From an uncultured cyanobacterium (lineage in GTDB: Bacteria; Cyanobacteriota; Cyanobacteriia; Cyanobacteriales; CAWCAG01): a stretch of DNA of 64,000 nt. The position numbers and the translations under genes were made by a program. Below the pieces are notes generated by a model. It made no database searches, was not told the DNA's origin, and saw only the letters and a list, made by a program, of their open reading frames with translations. Positions 11,304 to 21,809 of this stretch are shown one piece after another; positions within the stretch are counted from its first letter, which is position 1, and every line of letters starts with the position of its first letter. The stretch covers positions 480,001-544,000 of the forward strand of contig CAWCAG010000005.1 in assembly GCA_963793425.1 (NCBI GenBank), given 5' to 3'.

Positions 11304-12398
11304 ATGGGCAACACCTTCGGTCATTTATTTCGTATCACCACTTTTGGTGAATCCCATGGTGGCGGGGTTGGTGTTGTTATTGATGGTTGTCCCCCTCAAC
11401 TAGAGATTACTAGGGAAGAAATTCAATGGGAACTAGATCGCAGAAGACCAGGTCAAAGCAAAATTACTACCCCCAGGAAAGAAACTGATACCTGTGAGAT
11501 AATCTCCGGAGTCTTTGAAGGTAAAACTTTAGGTACGCCCATCGCTATACTTGTAAGGAACAAAGATACCAGACCCCAAGACTACAGCGAAATGGCTAGT
11601 AAATATCGTCCTTCCCACGCTGATGCTACCTATGATGCTAAATATGGTATTCGTAATTGGCAAGGAGGAGGACGATCTTCAGCGAGGGAAACTATTGGTA
11701 GAGTTGCTGGGGGTGCGATCGCCAAAAAGATTCTTCAACAGGTAGCTGGGGTAGAAATTGTTGCTTACGTCAAGCGTATCAAAGACATAGAAGCTGTGAT
11801 TAATCCGGATTTAGTAACCCTAGAGCAGGTAGAAAGTAATATTGTCCGTTGTCCTCAACCGGAATACGCTGATAAAATGATCGAATTAATCGACCAAACT
11901 AGGCGTAATAAAGATTCTTTAGGGGGTGTGGTAGAATGTGTTGCCCGCAATCTACCGAAAGGATGGGGAGAGCCAGTATTTGATAAACTAGAAGCGGATC
12001 TTGCTAAAGGGGTCATGTCTTTACCTGCAACTAAAGGATTTGAAATTGGCTCAGGCTTTTCTGGAACATTGTTAACCGGAAGCGAGCATAATGACGAATT
12101 TTATCAGGACGAAGCAGGTAATATCCGCACTAGCACAAATCTTTCTGGGGGCATTCAGGGGGGCATCACTAATGGAGAAAATATCCTCCTACGAGCAGCA
12201 TTTAAACCAACTGCCACCATAGGACAACAGCAACGTACAGTGACCAATACTGGAGAAGAAACTCTTCTTGCTGCGAAAGGAAGACATGACCCCTGTGTAT
12301 TACCAAGGGCTGTACCTATGGTAGAAGCTATGGTTGCCTTAGTTTTGTGCGATCACTTGCTGCGTCATCAAGGTCAATGTGGTGTTTTAAATTGCTAA
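11304..12398 (+). CDS. aroC: Chorismate synthase
   Basis: [19 protein letters not shown] and GRHDPCV signatures. Confidence 0.98.
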   Translation: MGNTFGHLFRITTFGESHGGGVGVVIDGCPPQLEITREEIQWELDRRRPGQSKITTPRKETDTCEIISGVFEGKTLGTPIAILVRNKDTRPQDYSEMASKYRPSHADATYDAKYGIRNWQGGGRSSARETIGRVAGGAIAKKILQQVAGVEIVAYVKRIKDIEAVINPDLVTLEQVESNIVRCPQPEYADKMIELIDQTRRNKDSLGGVVECVARNLPKGWGEPVFDKLEADLAKGVMSLPATKGFEIGSGFSGTLLTGSEHNDEFYQDEAGNIRTSTNLSGGIQGGITNGENILLRAAFKPTATIGQQQRTVTNTGEETLLAAKGRHDPCVLPRAVPMVEAMVALVLCDHLLRHQGQCGVLNC

Positions 12399-13250
12399 AT
12401 GGAAACTAATCATTCCTCTGAATTTGTCGTTCAGTTTTGGGGGGTAAGAGGTAGCGTACCTTCCCCTGGGGCTGAAACCGTTCGTTATGGTGGTAATACT
12501 TCTTGCGTAGAAATGCGCGTAGGAGGAAAACGCCTTATTTTTGATGGTGGTACGGGCTTGCGAATGTTGGGTAAAAGCTTGCGATCGCAAATGCCTGTGA
12601 AAACCTATATGTTTTTTACTCACTACCATTGGGATCATATCCAAGGAGTTCCCTTCTTCATTCCTGAGTTTAGTGAAGCTAACTGCTTTCATATTCATGG
12701 TCAAGTACCAACAGAAGGAATTTCTATGGAGAAGCACTTTCGCGAACATGTCTTGCACTTAGAATCCCCTGTACCGATGGGGAAAATAGAAGCGGAGTTG
12801 AATTTTCATGACTTGGTATGTGGAGATGATTTTTATTTAGATGATATTGAAATAGAAACTGATAAACTCAACCATCCTAATGGGGCAATGGGTTATCGTG
12901 TAACTTGGCAAGATCACTCTATTGTCTACTGTACTGATACAGAACATCTTCAAGAAGGTTTAGATCAAAATGTGCTGCACTTAGCCCGTGATGCAGATAT
13001 TTTAATCTACGACGCCATGTATACAGACGATGAATACAATGACCCCAAAGCCTCTAAAGTTGGTTGGGGACATTCAACTTGGCAAGAAGGGGTTAAAATT
13101 GCCAAAGCTGCTGGGGTGAAAAGGCTGGTCATTTTCCACCACGAACCCAGTCATACCGATGATTTCTTAGATCAAGTTGCCTTGGAAGTGAAAGACGTAT
13201 TTCCCGGAGGAATTATGGCCCGTGAGGGATTAATCGTCTCAGCTATCTAA
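12399..13250 (+). CDS. MBL-fold metallo-hydrolase
   Basis: FWGVRGS, YGGNTSC, THYHWDHIQG, GWGHS and FHHEP motifs. Confidence 0.92.
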   Translation: METNHSSEFVVQFWGVRGSVPSPGAETVRYGGNTSCVEMRVGGKRLIFDGGTGLRMLGKSLRSQMPVKTYMFFTHYHWDHIQGVPFFIPEFSEANCFHIHGQVPTEGISMEKHFREHVLHLESPVPMGKIEAELNFHDLVCGDDFYLDDIEIETDKLNHPNGAMGYRVTWQDHSIVYCTDTEHLQEGLDQNVLHLARDADILIYDAMYTDDEYNDPKASKVGWGHSTWQEGVKIAKAAGVKRLVIFHHEPSHTDDFLDQVALEVKDVFPGGIMAREGLIVSAI

Positions 13251-13410
13251 GCTAAAGTCAAATATAACCACGAATTCGGGGGTTATCACTGGCTAACGCT
13301 AACTATTTTGTTAGAGTATCTCCTTGGTTTCCCAGTTTTCTTAGAGAAAAGTGAGAGTTTTCTGATAAAATCTTATAGAAAGTTTAAAAATCATTACTAA
13401 ATTTTTTATA

Positions 13411-14391
13411 ATGTATTTGTTAGTGGTAGGTGCTACGGGAACCCTAGGAAGACAAGTAGTGCGCCGCGCTCTTGATGAGGGTCATAGTGTACGCTGTTTG
13501 GTAAGAAGTCAGCGCAAAGCAACTTTTCTTAAAGAGTGGGGGGCAGAACTTGTACAAGGCGACCTTTGTATACCAGAAAGCTTACCCCCCGTCTTAAAAA
13601 ATATCGATGCTGTAGTTGATGCAGCGACAGCAAGACCAACGGATTCTTTGAATACAAAGGAGGTTGACTGGGAAGGCAAAGTGGCTTTAATTAAAGCAGC
13701 TAAAGCGGCCGGAATAAAAAGATTCATCTTCTTTTCTATTCTTGATGCGGATAAATATCCTGAAGTTCCTTTAATGGATATTAAAAGAAGCACAGAACTT
13801 TTCTTAAAAGAATCTGGTTTAAACTACACAGTCTTGCAGCTTTGTGGTTTTATGCAAGGACTGATCGGTCAATATGCTATACCTATGTTGGACAACCAAG
13901 CCGTATGGGTAACTGGGGAAAGCTCTCCCATTGCTTATATGAACACCATTGATATTGCTAAATTCGCGATTCGCGCCCTAGAGATACCAGAAACTGAAAA
14001 TCAGACTTTCCCTGTAGTAGGGACTCGTGCTTGGGGGGGTTATGAAATTATTAATCTTTGCGAAAGACTCTCCGGACAAACTGCTAAAATTGCTAGACTT
14101 CCTTTAGGCTTTTTAGGGGCAATGCGCCGGATTCTGGGCTTCTTTCAATGGGGCAAAAATGCTTCAGAGCGTCTTAGTTTCGCTGAAGTGTTGGCAAGGG
14201 GTAAACCATTAGATGCTCCAATGGAGGAAGTTTATCAAACTTTTAAACTAGATCCCCAGGAAACCACAACCCTAGAGGCATATCTTCAAGATTACTTTGG
14301 CCGCATTATGAAAAAACTCAAAGAAATTGATTACGAAAAAAACAAAAATAAAAAGCAGAAAAAAAAGACTCCTTTTAAATCTAAATCATAA
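13411..14391 (+). CDS. ycf39: Ycf39-like NAD(P)-binding SDR/NmrA protein
   Basis: GATGTLGRQ Rossmann motif, FLKEWGAELV, GFMQGLIGQYAIP. Confidence 0.85.
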   Translation: MYLLVVGATGTLGRQVVRRALDEGHSVRCLVRSQRKATFLKEWGAELVQGDLCIPESLPPVLKNIDAVVDAATARPTDSLNTKEVDWEGKVALIKAAKAAGIKRFIFFSILDADKYPEVPLMDIKRSTELFLKESGLNYTVLQLCGFMQGLIGQYAIPMLDNQAVWVTGESSPIAYMNTIDIAKFAIRALEIPETENQTFPVVGTRAWGGYEIINLCERLSGQTAKIARLPLGFLGAMRRILGFFQWGKNASERLSFAEVLARGKPLDAPMEEVYQTFKLDPQETTTLEAYLQDYFGRIMKKLKEIDYEKNKNKKQKKKTPFKSKS

Positions 14392-14430
14392 TTGTAAAGT
14401 AAACATTAAAAGCCAGCGAGATCAACAGTT

Positions 14431-15348
14431 GTGCCGAAAGCAGGCATTATTTATAACGATTCTAAACCAACAGCTTGTCGCCTTGCCAAAGAATTAACAG
14501 ACAGCCTTACTGCTATGGGTTGGGATGTTTGTGTGACTACCAGTTTTGGCGGTATATTAGGTTATTCTCGCCCGAATAGTCCTGTTTGTCGTACTCGCAT
14601 CGATCAGTTAAAGCCAGTCGGTTTTGACGAAGATGTCGCCTTTGGTATTGTCTTAGGGGGAGACGGCACAACTTTAGCGGCTTTCCGGCAAGTAGCTGTT
14701 TTTGGTATTCCCTTATTAAGTGTCAACACAGGACATATGGGATTTCTCACCGAAACCTATGTCAATCAAATACCTCAAGCTGTAGAGAAATTAATAGCAG
14801 GGGAATATAAAATAGAAGAACGCTCTATGTTAGCGGTGAGTGCTTTAAGGGGAGAAAAGCTGATTTGGGAAGCACTATGCCTCAATGAAATGGTACTGCA
14901 TCGAGAACCCTTAACTAGTATGTGCCATTTTGAAATTCAAATTGGTAACCATGCCCCCGTAGATATTGCTGCTGATGGAGTAATTGTTTCTACCCCAACG
15001 GGTTCTACAGCTTATTCTTTAAGTGCAGGAGGCCCGGTTGTAACCCCTTCTGTACCAGTCTTACAACTCATCCCTATTTGTCCTCATTCCTTGGCTTCTA
15101 GGGCTTTGGTTTTTTCTGATACCGAACCAGTAAATATTATTCCCGCTACTCCGAACCAAATGGTTATGGTGGTTGATGGTAACGGCGGCTGCTACATCTC
15201 TCCAGAAGATCGGGTTTATATAGAGCGATCGCCTTATCCTGCCCGTTTTATTCGTCTGCGATCACCAGAATTTTTCCGTATTCTTAGGGAAAAGCTTGGT
15301 TGGGGTTTACCCCATATTGCTAAACCTACTTCTGTGGAGTTACCCTAA
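14431..15348 (+). CDS. nadK: NAD(+) kinase
   Basis: GGDGT, LNE and [22 protein letters not shown] motifs. Confidence 0.95.
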   Translation: MPKAGIIYNDSKPTACRLAKELTDSLTAMGWDVCVTTSFGGILGYSRPNSPVCRTRIDQLKPVGFDEDVAFGIVLGGDGTTLAAFRQVAVFGIPLLSVNTGHMGFLTETYVNQIPQAVEKLIAGEYKIEERSMLAVSALRGEKLIWEALCLNEMVLHREPLTSMCHFEIQIGNHAPVDIAADGVIVSTPTGSTAYSLSAGGPVVTPSVPVLQLIPICPHSLASRALVFSDTEPVNIIPATPNQMVMVVDGNGGCYISPEDRVYIERSPYPARFIRLRSPEFFRILREKLGWGLPHIAKPTSVELP

Positions 15349-15367
15349 TTTTAGGTAATGGGTACTT

Positions 15368-15446
15368 GGGGAGCTGGAGAGCTGGGAAGCTAGGGAGCTG
15401 GGGCGCGTAAGCATTGTCGTTAGACTACTAGGGAGCTAGGAAGCTA
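15368..15446. repeat. Short tandem repeats (GGRAGCTR-like octamers) between convergent genes
   Basis: gggagctg gagagctg ggaagcta gggagctg ... gggagcta ggaagcta. Confidence 0.6.
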
Positions 15447-15483
15447 ATATTAATTCCTTTTTCGCTGTTGCCTTGATACTATT

Positions 15484-16659
15484 CTACGCAAAACCAATCT
15501 TGAGATAATCCTCTTCCATCTTTGCCCCAGAAGGTTTCAAGGCCGCTAAAGCTTGAGGTAGAACTAAATTACGGCGATGATTGCCAATGCGGACATTTAA
15601 TTCATCTCCGGTTTTATTTAACTGAATATTCTCTTTAGGAACACCAGGTAAATATAGCTCCAAACTGTATTGATTATTGCCCTGTTGTACTACCTTAAGA
15701 GTATTTTCTTGATAATAAACTTGGGTAGGATCTTCGTTTGCATACAAAGTTTCTTTGAGCCTTTCTAGGGCGGCTAAACCGCATAATTCTTCTGAGTAAA
15801 GGGGGACTTCTTTTACTGGTAAGGGATGGAAATTATCATGAATTTCTTTTTTATAAACTTGTTGATTTTCTTTCCACTTTTGGAAGAAGGGATCAGTTAC
15901 TTCTTCAGGAATAATGCGATTAGCAACCACCATATCTGTAGCCACATTATACAAACTCAAATAAGCATGGGCCCGCAAAGATTCTTTAATCACCATCTTT
16001 TCAGGATTGGTTACCAATCTAACTGAAGTTTGAGTATTATCTGTTAGAACTTTTTCTAAAGCTTCAATCTGCTCATAAAATTCATAAGGTGCATCCATCA
16101 CCTCTTTATCCGGTAAAGAAAAACCAGCAATTGGTCTAAACAGAGGTTCAACCAAGGGGCGTAAAGCTGCTGAAACCCCCTGTAAAGGCTTGTAAAAGCG
16201 TCTCATATACCAGCCACCTACTTCTGGTAAGCTTAACAGGCGCAACGCTGTACCAGTGGGGGCAGAATCGATAATTAAAACCTCAAATTCTCCCTCATCG
16301 TAATGGCGTTTCATCCGCACTAAACCAAAAATTTCGTCCATGCCTGGTAGAATTGCTAATTCTTCGGCTTGAACTCCTTCTAAACCCCTAGCTTGTAAAA
16401 CTTGACTGATGTAGCGCTTGACGGCTCCCCAATTGCCTTCTAATTCCATGAGCGCATCTAACTCAGCCCCCCAAAGGTTAGGGCGTACTAACTGAGGTTC
16501 GTGACCCATTTCTAGGTCAAAGCTATCTGCTAGGGAATGGGCAGGATCTGTACTTAAAACTAGAGTTTTGTAACCTAGTTCAGCACAACGGAGTCCTGTG
16601 GCGGCAGCAACAGAGGTTTTACCTACACCTCCTTTGCCAGTCATGAGAATTACACGCAT
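15484..16659 (-). CDS. ArsA/Get3-family ATPase with C-terminal HSP20-like domain
   Basis: [23 protein letters not shown]-terminal alpha-crystallin-like segment ([16 protein letters not shown]). Confidence 0.93.
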   Translation of the reverse strand: MRVILMTGKGGVGKTSVAAATGLRCAELGYKTLVLSTDPAHSLADSFDLEMGHEPQLVRPNLWGAELDALMELEGNWGAVKRYISQVLQARGLEGVQAEELAILPGMDEIFGLVRMKRHYDEGEFEVLIIDSAPTGTALRLLSLPEVGGWYMRRFYKPLQGVSAALRPLVEPLFRPIAGFSLPDKEVMDAPYEFYEQIEALEKVLTDNTQTSVRLVTNPEKMVIKESLRAHAYLSLYNVATDMVVANRIIPEEVTDPFFQKWKENQQVYKKEIHDNFHPLPVKEVPLYSEELCGLAALERLKETLYANEDPTQVYYQENTLKVVQQGNNQYSLELYLPGVPKENIQLNKTGDELNVRIGNHRRNLVLPQALAALKPSGAKMEEDYLKIGFA

Positions 16660-16700
16660 AAGTTTTGTTTTGGGTGGCCCTACTTTAACTAAAGTTTACA

Positions 16701-17096
16701 TTACTTCTCAGTTTTCGTATGAAAAAGAAAATGTTGCTGAAAAACATTTAAGCGAGAGCAATGCCAGTAATCTAGATGAGAAATGATTAATCCTGTTTCA
16801 TCAAGCTTTAACTCACTTCTGCCGGGAATGGCGATCGCCGGTTGCCAGGGTAGGGGAGTTATCCAGTGAAGAGTCCATTCAGTTTCGATGGTGTCTCCGT
16901 GACGAGAAATGTCGTGAAGTTCCATCTGCACCTCTTTGAACCAGGTTTTGATGAACTGAATCATCTTTTTGTAGCGCTCAACACCATGAAATTCGTTCAT
17001 GGGATCTTTAAAATAAACTTGCTTGTGATAAATGCTATAAGTTTGCTCAAGGGGAAAGCGCTGATAGTCTTCTTGAAGAGTGGTAATGATATCCAT
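16701..17096 (-). CDS. DUF2358 / NTF2-like protein
   Basis: QTYSIY...VYFKDPMNEF...PLPWQP...HLDYW pattern. Confidence 0.85.
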   Translation of the reverse strand: MDIITTLQEDYQRFPLEQTYSIYHKQVYFKDPMNEFHGVERYKKMIQFIKTWFKEVQMELHDISRHGDTIETEWTLHWITPLPWQPAIAIPGRSELKLDETGLIISHLDYWHCSRLNVFQQHFLFHTKTEK

Positions 17097-17409
17097 TGAT
17101 GTTCGGCATTTAACTAGATTGGTTTTTTAAGTTAACTTAAAAAAAACAATTTTTTACTCGTTTGGTGATGAAAGCTTCTGAATGGGTATCATAAGTTGTG
17201 GTATTGTTTGATTAATATTTCTTGAAATTTTTCTGAATTTGCTCTAAATGAAAGGGCAAAACCCAAACAAACTTCTGATTGCGCCCTTGCATCTGCCCTT
17301 TGTTATGTTTAGCTACCTATTCTTACTAATTAGACTGGCAATTTTACCGTCTTGCCAGTAGGATATCGAGAAATTACATAGTACTATTTACGCATCAGAG
17401 GTATTTGTT

Positions 17410-17976
17410 ATGGTCATTGACTTCTACGCCCAGAAAAAAGCTCAGCTTAGCTTGCGCTCTTATCTTAAGCCCGGAGATTTGGGACAAATTCTTTATTTAC
17501 ACGGGTCGATTTATGGTCGAGAATGTGGCTACGATTACACTTTTGAAGGTTATGTGGCTGATACTCTTTCTCACTTTTCTAGATCCTACGATCTTCATCA
17601 AGAGCGCTTGTGGTTAGCCGAAGCAGAGGGAAGAATTGTTGGTAGTATTGGCATTATTAAGAATAATTCCCAAAGATGTCAACTTCGTTGGTTTTTGGTT
17701 GATCCTCAGATGCGCGGTAGAGGTTTAGGACGTAAACTTCTGAGCAAAGCAATTAAGTTTAGCCAAAATTGTGGTTACGAGTCGGTTTTTCTCCAAACGA
17801 TGGGAGAATTGCCCGTAGCAAGACATTTGTATCGTTCAGTAGGATTTGTAAAAACAGAAGAATCCAAACAAATCATCTGGGGGCAGAAAGTAACTCATCA
17901 GTTTTATGAGTTAGCTTTGGACAATCAGCAACCAGAAACTTATACCCAAGGCGATCGCGCTAAGGTGTTGCGGTAA
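17410..17976 (+). CDS. GNAT-family N-acetyltransferase
   Basis: QLRWFLVDPQMRGRGLGRKL acetyl-CoA motif A; ARHLYRSVGF. Confidence 0.9.
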   Translation: MVIDFYAQKKAQLSLRSYLKPGDLGQILYLHGSIYGRECGYDYTFEGYVADTLSHFSRSYDLHQERLWLAEAEGRIVGSIGIIKNNSQRCQLRWFLVDPQMRGRGLGRKLLSKAIKFSQNCGYESVFLQTMGELPVARHLYRSVGFVKTEESKQIIWGQKVTHQFYELALDNQQPETYTQGDRAKVLR

Positions 17977-20427
17977 AAGTAAGCTTAGAGGCTGACGGGC
18001 AATTTTTTGAGTTAGTAAGATAGAGAGAATGACACCAACTACCAAGCTAGTACCTTGTAAAAAAGCAATCACAGCCGGATGAGCTACTAGTATAGGTGCG
18101 CTTTCACCATTTAAACCAAAAGTAGCCAAACCTACTGCTAAAACTTTGCCCCCTTCACCCAAACCTAGGTTCAAGTAATAAGCCAAATTCCCAGCTAAAA
18201 CTAGGGGTAAGTAACCATAGGCTAGCTTAATGAAGGAATGGGGTTTGAGCTTACTAGTTCCTTGATAGATTAACTTAATTAGTTCCTGGGCTAATAAAGG
18301 TATCGCAATAGGAAGAGTTAAAGCAGCTACAGCTAAACAAACATGAGGGAAAAACTGGTTCAAGTCTAAATGCAAACCTAGTAGGGCTTGAATTTGGGGT
18401 AGTTGGTGTAGAAAGACTGTATTTAGAAGCAACAGCAACAATGCTACTTCATAACTTCGGGGGGTGTGGGTTGTCCATAATTCAATACCAGGGGGACGCA
18501 AATTCACTTCTACAGAGCGGTGGGGACAAGCTTTTAAGCAAGTCATACATAATACACAGTCTCGATTGTCCTGGAGTTGGGCAGGATGAGAGTAGAGGGG
18601 GCAACCGTTGGTTTCTAAACCTTCCCCTTTAGCAGGGCCTCCTTTATAACATTGATAGGTGGTACATTCTGCTGAACAAGTGCCTTGTTGCGCTCTTAAT
18701 TCTGTCATGGAAAGTTTAGCAAACATTCCGTTCATACCACCAATAGGGCAAAGATAGCGACACCAAAAACGCCTTTCAAATAAAGCAGAAAATATCATCG
18801 CCCCGGCAGTAATTAATAATAGTAAACAAGCAGAAAGATAGGCAGTATTTTCTAAATCCCATAGTTCTTCCCATAACAAAATTAAGGCAAATAAACCCCA
18901 TAAAAACCAACCTCCCCACTTCTCAGCAGATTCTCTTGGCCAGGTTTTGAGTTTCCGATTGGGGAAAAGCCAACCGGAGAGTTTTTGGGTAACTTCTCCA
19001 TAGATCATAAAAGGACAAACGGCACACCAAAGCCTACCTACAAAAGGAAAACCAATTAAGATTAAAGGCCACCACCAGGCCCAGAAAATGTTCAGGGCAA
19101 AGTTGGCATCGCGGGTTTGAGGCCCCAGGAATAAGATGGCGATAATTAAAGCAAATAAGGTTAAGGTAAAACCATAATTAATGCGATCTGGCCACCAAGG
19201 GCTACGGAGGAATTTTCTCAAGCGAGGATAGCTATTAAGGAGATTAACCCGAAACTGCTTTTTCTTACTTTGAGAAGGCCAAACAATTTCTTCTGTTAAC
19301 TCTGTACAACCTTCTAATTGCACAATTGCTCTTTCAACTAAGTTTTCTAATTCTCTTTGATTATTAGGAAAATCGTAGGCTTGTAATCTGCGTAAAGCTT
19401 CTGGAGTAATGCGAGGACGATTTAAACCTTTGGCACGGCAAATTAAGCTAATATAATAATCTACACAATCTGCTATATCAGCTTTGCGAATACGTAAAGG
19501 AGGAACCTTTATTCTTTTTCCCACAACTGTATTGATTTGGGGTAAATTCTGCTCAGAAATAAGGATGATTCGAGCCTTACTTTTGAAGATAGTTTGACTT
19601 TCTTCCTCGGAACGGTTAATAGGCAGATAATTTCCAGTTTTCAGTAATTCAACTATGGGGGGACGCAAATCTTTGGGTAACTCTTCAAAATTATTAAGAA
19701 CTAAAGTTCCTTCTCCTAAAGCCGCAATCAAACCTGGTTTTCCCCCTGCTCGACCAAACAATTCTGCACCGCTAGCTTGTATTCGGCTACAATTTAATTT
19801 GACGATTGGTTCTCGACGATAAGCAGAACTAAAGTGAACTAAACTAGCTACGTTATCTTTTTGTAATCCTGGTTCACCAAAAATTAATACAGACTCTCTC
19901 CCTTCGGCCGCTTGTTTAATTTGCTTACGGAGTTTTACCGCATAACGGCTTTTACCGATTATCCCTCGTTTAGCTCTATTTACTAAATAAGGACGTAAAG
20001 TAGTTTGACGTTCTTGTTCATAGTTTAATTGAGATTCAAGCTGTAAAACCTCTTGGGCAAGCTGTTGGGAGATAGTTTGGGGAATTTCGGGATAATCTTC
20101 ATAAAGGGCGCGGAACTGTTCTGCGGGAATAAACCATAATTGAGATTCACTTAAAGTAGTGACTGTTTCCCTGGCTGGTTGGTCTAAAATAACTTCTTCT
20201 AAGTTAAGGGTAGAACCAGCCAGCAAACTTGCCTTTCCTTTGCTCTCTAAACGACCTTCCCGCAGAATATAAAGTCCTCCTGGGTTAGTATTTTCCTTAA
20301 CTATCTGTTCTTGGGGCGGAACAGTTTTTTCCTGAACTATACCGGCGATCGCCTCTAATACTTCCTGAGAAAGAACACCAAGGGCCGTTCTCTCTTGCAA
20401 CCAAATTACAGTATCGGTAAAAGACAT
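17911..20427 (-). CDS. cNMP-binding / sigma54-activator-like AAA+ / polyferredoxin (4Fe-4S) membrane protein
   Basis: N-terminal cNMP-like domain; AAA+ module (IIGKS, GEPGLQKD, VPPLRIRKADI, YDFPNNQRELEN); TM region with CAVCP, CRYLCP and CVLCMTCLKACP. Confidence 0.85.
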   Translation of the reverse strand: MSFTDTVIWLQERTALGVLSQEVLEAIAGIVQEKTVPPQEQIVKENTNPGGLYILREGRLESKGKASLLAGSTLNLEEVILDQPARETVTTLSESQLWFIPAEQFRALYEDYPEIPQTISQQLAQEVLQLESQLNYEQERQTTLRPYLVNRAKRGIIGKSRYAVKLRKQIKQAAEGRESVLIFGEPGLQKDNVASLVHFSSAYRREPIVKLNCSRIQASGAELFGRAGGKPGLIAALGEGTLVLNNFEELPKDLRPPIVELLKTGNYLPINRSEEESQTIFKSKARIILISEQNLPQINTVVGKRIKVPPLRIRKADIADCVDYYISLICRAKGLNRPRITPEALRRLQAYDFPNNQRELENLVERAIVQLEGCTELTEEIVWPSQSKKKQFRVNLLNSYPRLRKFLRSPWWPDRINYGFTLTLFALIIAILFLGPQTRDANFALNIFWAWWWPLILIGFPFVGRLWCAVCPFMIYGEVTQKLSGWLFPNRKLKTWPRESAEKWGGWFLWGLFALILLWEELWDLENTAYLSACLLLLITAGAMIFSALFERRFWCRYLCPIGGMNGMFAKLSMTELRAQQGTCSAECTTYQCYKGGPAKGEGLETNGCPLYSHPAQLQDNRDCVLCMTCLKACPHRSVEVNLRPPGIELWTTHTPRSYEVALLLLLLNTVFLHQLPQIQALLGLHLDLNQFFPHVCLAVAALTLPIAIPLLAQELIKLIYQGTSKLKPHSFIKLAYGYLPLVLAGNLAYYLNLGLGEGGKVLAVGLATFGLNGESAPILVAHPAVIAFLQGTSLVVGVILSILLTQKIARQPLSLLLPQHLSAIALGISFWLLIVQS

Positions 20428-20454
20428 AAATTAAAGAGTTTGATGTTAACTCTC

Positions 20455-21027
20455 TCAAGGATACAAAGATAAATTCAAGCAAAAACCTGGCAAACATTCT
20501 TCACCCTGCAACTCCGTAGGTAAATTCCGGATTTCCACTGCCATACCACCGCGATAAATTTCCACTTGCTGTTGCTGAGGATTAATTAACCATCCTAGTT
20601 GAATTCCTGCCTCAAGATATTCTTGCATCTTAGCCCGCAGAGGTTCTAGGCGGTCAGTAGCAGAACGTAATTCAATCACAAAGTCTGGTGCGATAGGAGG
20701 AAACTTACGGCGTTGTTGCGGAGTGAGGGCTTCCCAACGCTCACGCCTTACCCAAGCAGCATCAGGGCTACGATCTGCACCATTAGGTAATTTGAAGATA
20801 GTTGAGGAGCTAAAAGTATAGCCTAAGCGGGTTTCTCGATTCCAGTTGCCTAGATCAATAATTAGTTCCGCTTCTTGATTGCCACTATCGCCACCAACAG
20901 GGGTCATAATAATTAATTCTTTTTGAGAAGTACGTTCAAACTGCAACTCGCGGTTACTTTGACAGATTTGATAAAACTGGTCGTCACTGAGGTGAACATC
21001 TTCTAGGTTTAGTGTTAGAGGAGTCAT
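20455..21027 (-). CDS. Uma2-family (PD-(D/E)xK) putative endonuclease
   Basis: RSPDAAWV, APDFVIELRS, KMQEYL, GWLINP motifs. Confidence 0.93.
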   Translation of the reverse strand: MTPLTLNLEDVHLSDDQFYQICQSNRELQFERTSQKELIIMTPVGGDSGNQEAELIIDLGNWNRETRLGYTFSSSTIFKLPNGADRSPDAAWVRRERWEALTPQQRRKFPPIAPDFVIELRSATDRLEPLRAKMQEYLEAGIQLGWLINPQQQQVEIYRGGMAVEIRNLPTELQGEECLPGFCLNLSLYP

Positions 21028-21139
21028 GATTAATTCTCAGGGAATATCGATTTTGTCGTTTGTTAAAATTTTACCTAAAGCGTAATCTCTAGTTATTTTG
21101 TTTATTTATGGAACTTTTAAGCAAAATAATTTTAATTAT

Positions 21140-21287
21140 GGTGGGCAAAAGAAGATGGTTTTCAGATGCGAATATTTACTCTCAATTTTGTCCACCCTAC
21201 TTTAAAGACATCAATGTAACAATTGTAGGGTGGGAATTGCTAACGGTAATTTTGGGAAAACTCGGAGATTTAAAAGCAATGCCCACC
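21140..21287. repeat. Pair of GTAG-type REP palindromes
   Basis: GGTGGGCAAAA...TTTTGTCCACCCTAC (21140-21200) and GTAGGGTGGGAATTGC...GCAATGCCCACC (21225-21287), in inverted arrangement. Confidence 0.65.
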
Positions 21288-21363
21288 AATTCCCATAAGC
21301 TCATTTTGGTTGTGGTGATAGATAGTTAGTGGAATCGCAAGATGACTTTGGCGGTGCGGGATA

Positions 21364-21419
21364 TTTTTCTCCCTTAAGATGATATTATGTATGAGGTAGA
21401 AAAGGTGCGCTCTTAAAAA
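21364..21419 (+). repeat. Dispersed 56-bp repeat (copy 1), promoter-like
   Basis: 49/56 identical to 32619-32674 by manual alignment; contains TGATATTAT (extended -10-like) and GGTGCGCTCTTRAAA. Confidence 0.75.
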
Positions 21420-21630
21420 AGGGTTTGCAAAGGTGTTTTTAAGTCTTTTCAGGTTGTTAGAAAAAATCGCTTCAATAAAGATTTTTTTTGCTCTATTGGT
21501 GCTGGTTTTATGATATTATTTTTTTAACAAATATTTTTATAATGGGAATATTGACGTTTATCAGTAAGTGACAATATTCCCATTATGATAAATTTAATTT
21601 TATCACGAAATTGCACCTGAAAAAATTTTA

Positions 21631-21643
21631 TACGCTTCGCGTA
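21631..21643 (-). other. Mini-hairpin downstream of the putative DGR variable region
   Basis: TACGC-GAA-GCGTA, 34 nt past the stop codon of the FGE domain. Confidence 0.55.
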
Positions 21644-21677
21644 AGGCAAAGGGCAAGAAGGCAAGAAGGGTAAAGGG

Positions 21678-21809
21678 CTAAAGAGTCCTGGGGGAAGAAC
21701 GGGCGAGACGAAAACCGATAATGCTGAGACGGGAGCCGGGAATGTTGAAGTAGCGATACGCAGAACGACAATGCCTCGGAGCGTAGTCCCAAGAACCACC
21801 GCGAAGCAA
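21678..21809 (-). other. Putative DGR variable region (VR)
   Basis: Encodes LLRGGSWDYAPRHCRSAYRYFNIPGSRLSIIGFRLAR; non-conserved codons end in C/T (GAC TAC GCT, CAT, TAT, TAC TTC AAC ATT, TCC, CTC AGC ATT), as expected from AAC/AAT template codons. Confidence 0.65.

Noticed and set aside
15484..16659. Arsenic resistance operon
   Set aside because: No arsB, arsC or arsR nearby; the single ATPase plus HSP20-like tail fits the Get3-like class of photosynthetic organisms.
21108..21329. 73-aa ORF
   Set aside because: It runs across the REP palindromes and is most likely a by-product of them.
21364..21520. CRISPR leader or array
   Set aside because: The boxA-like motif resembles a leader, but no repeat-spacer array or cas gene follows either copy.
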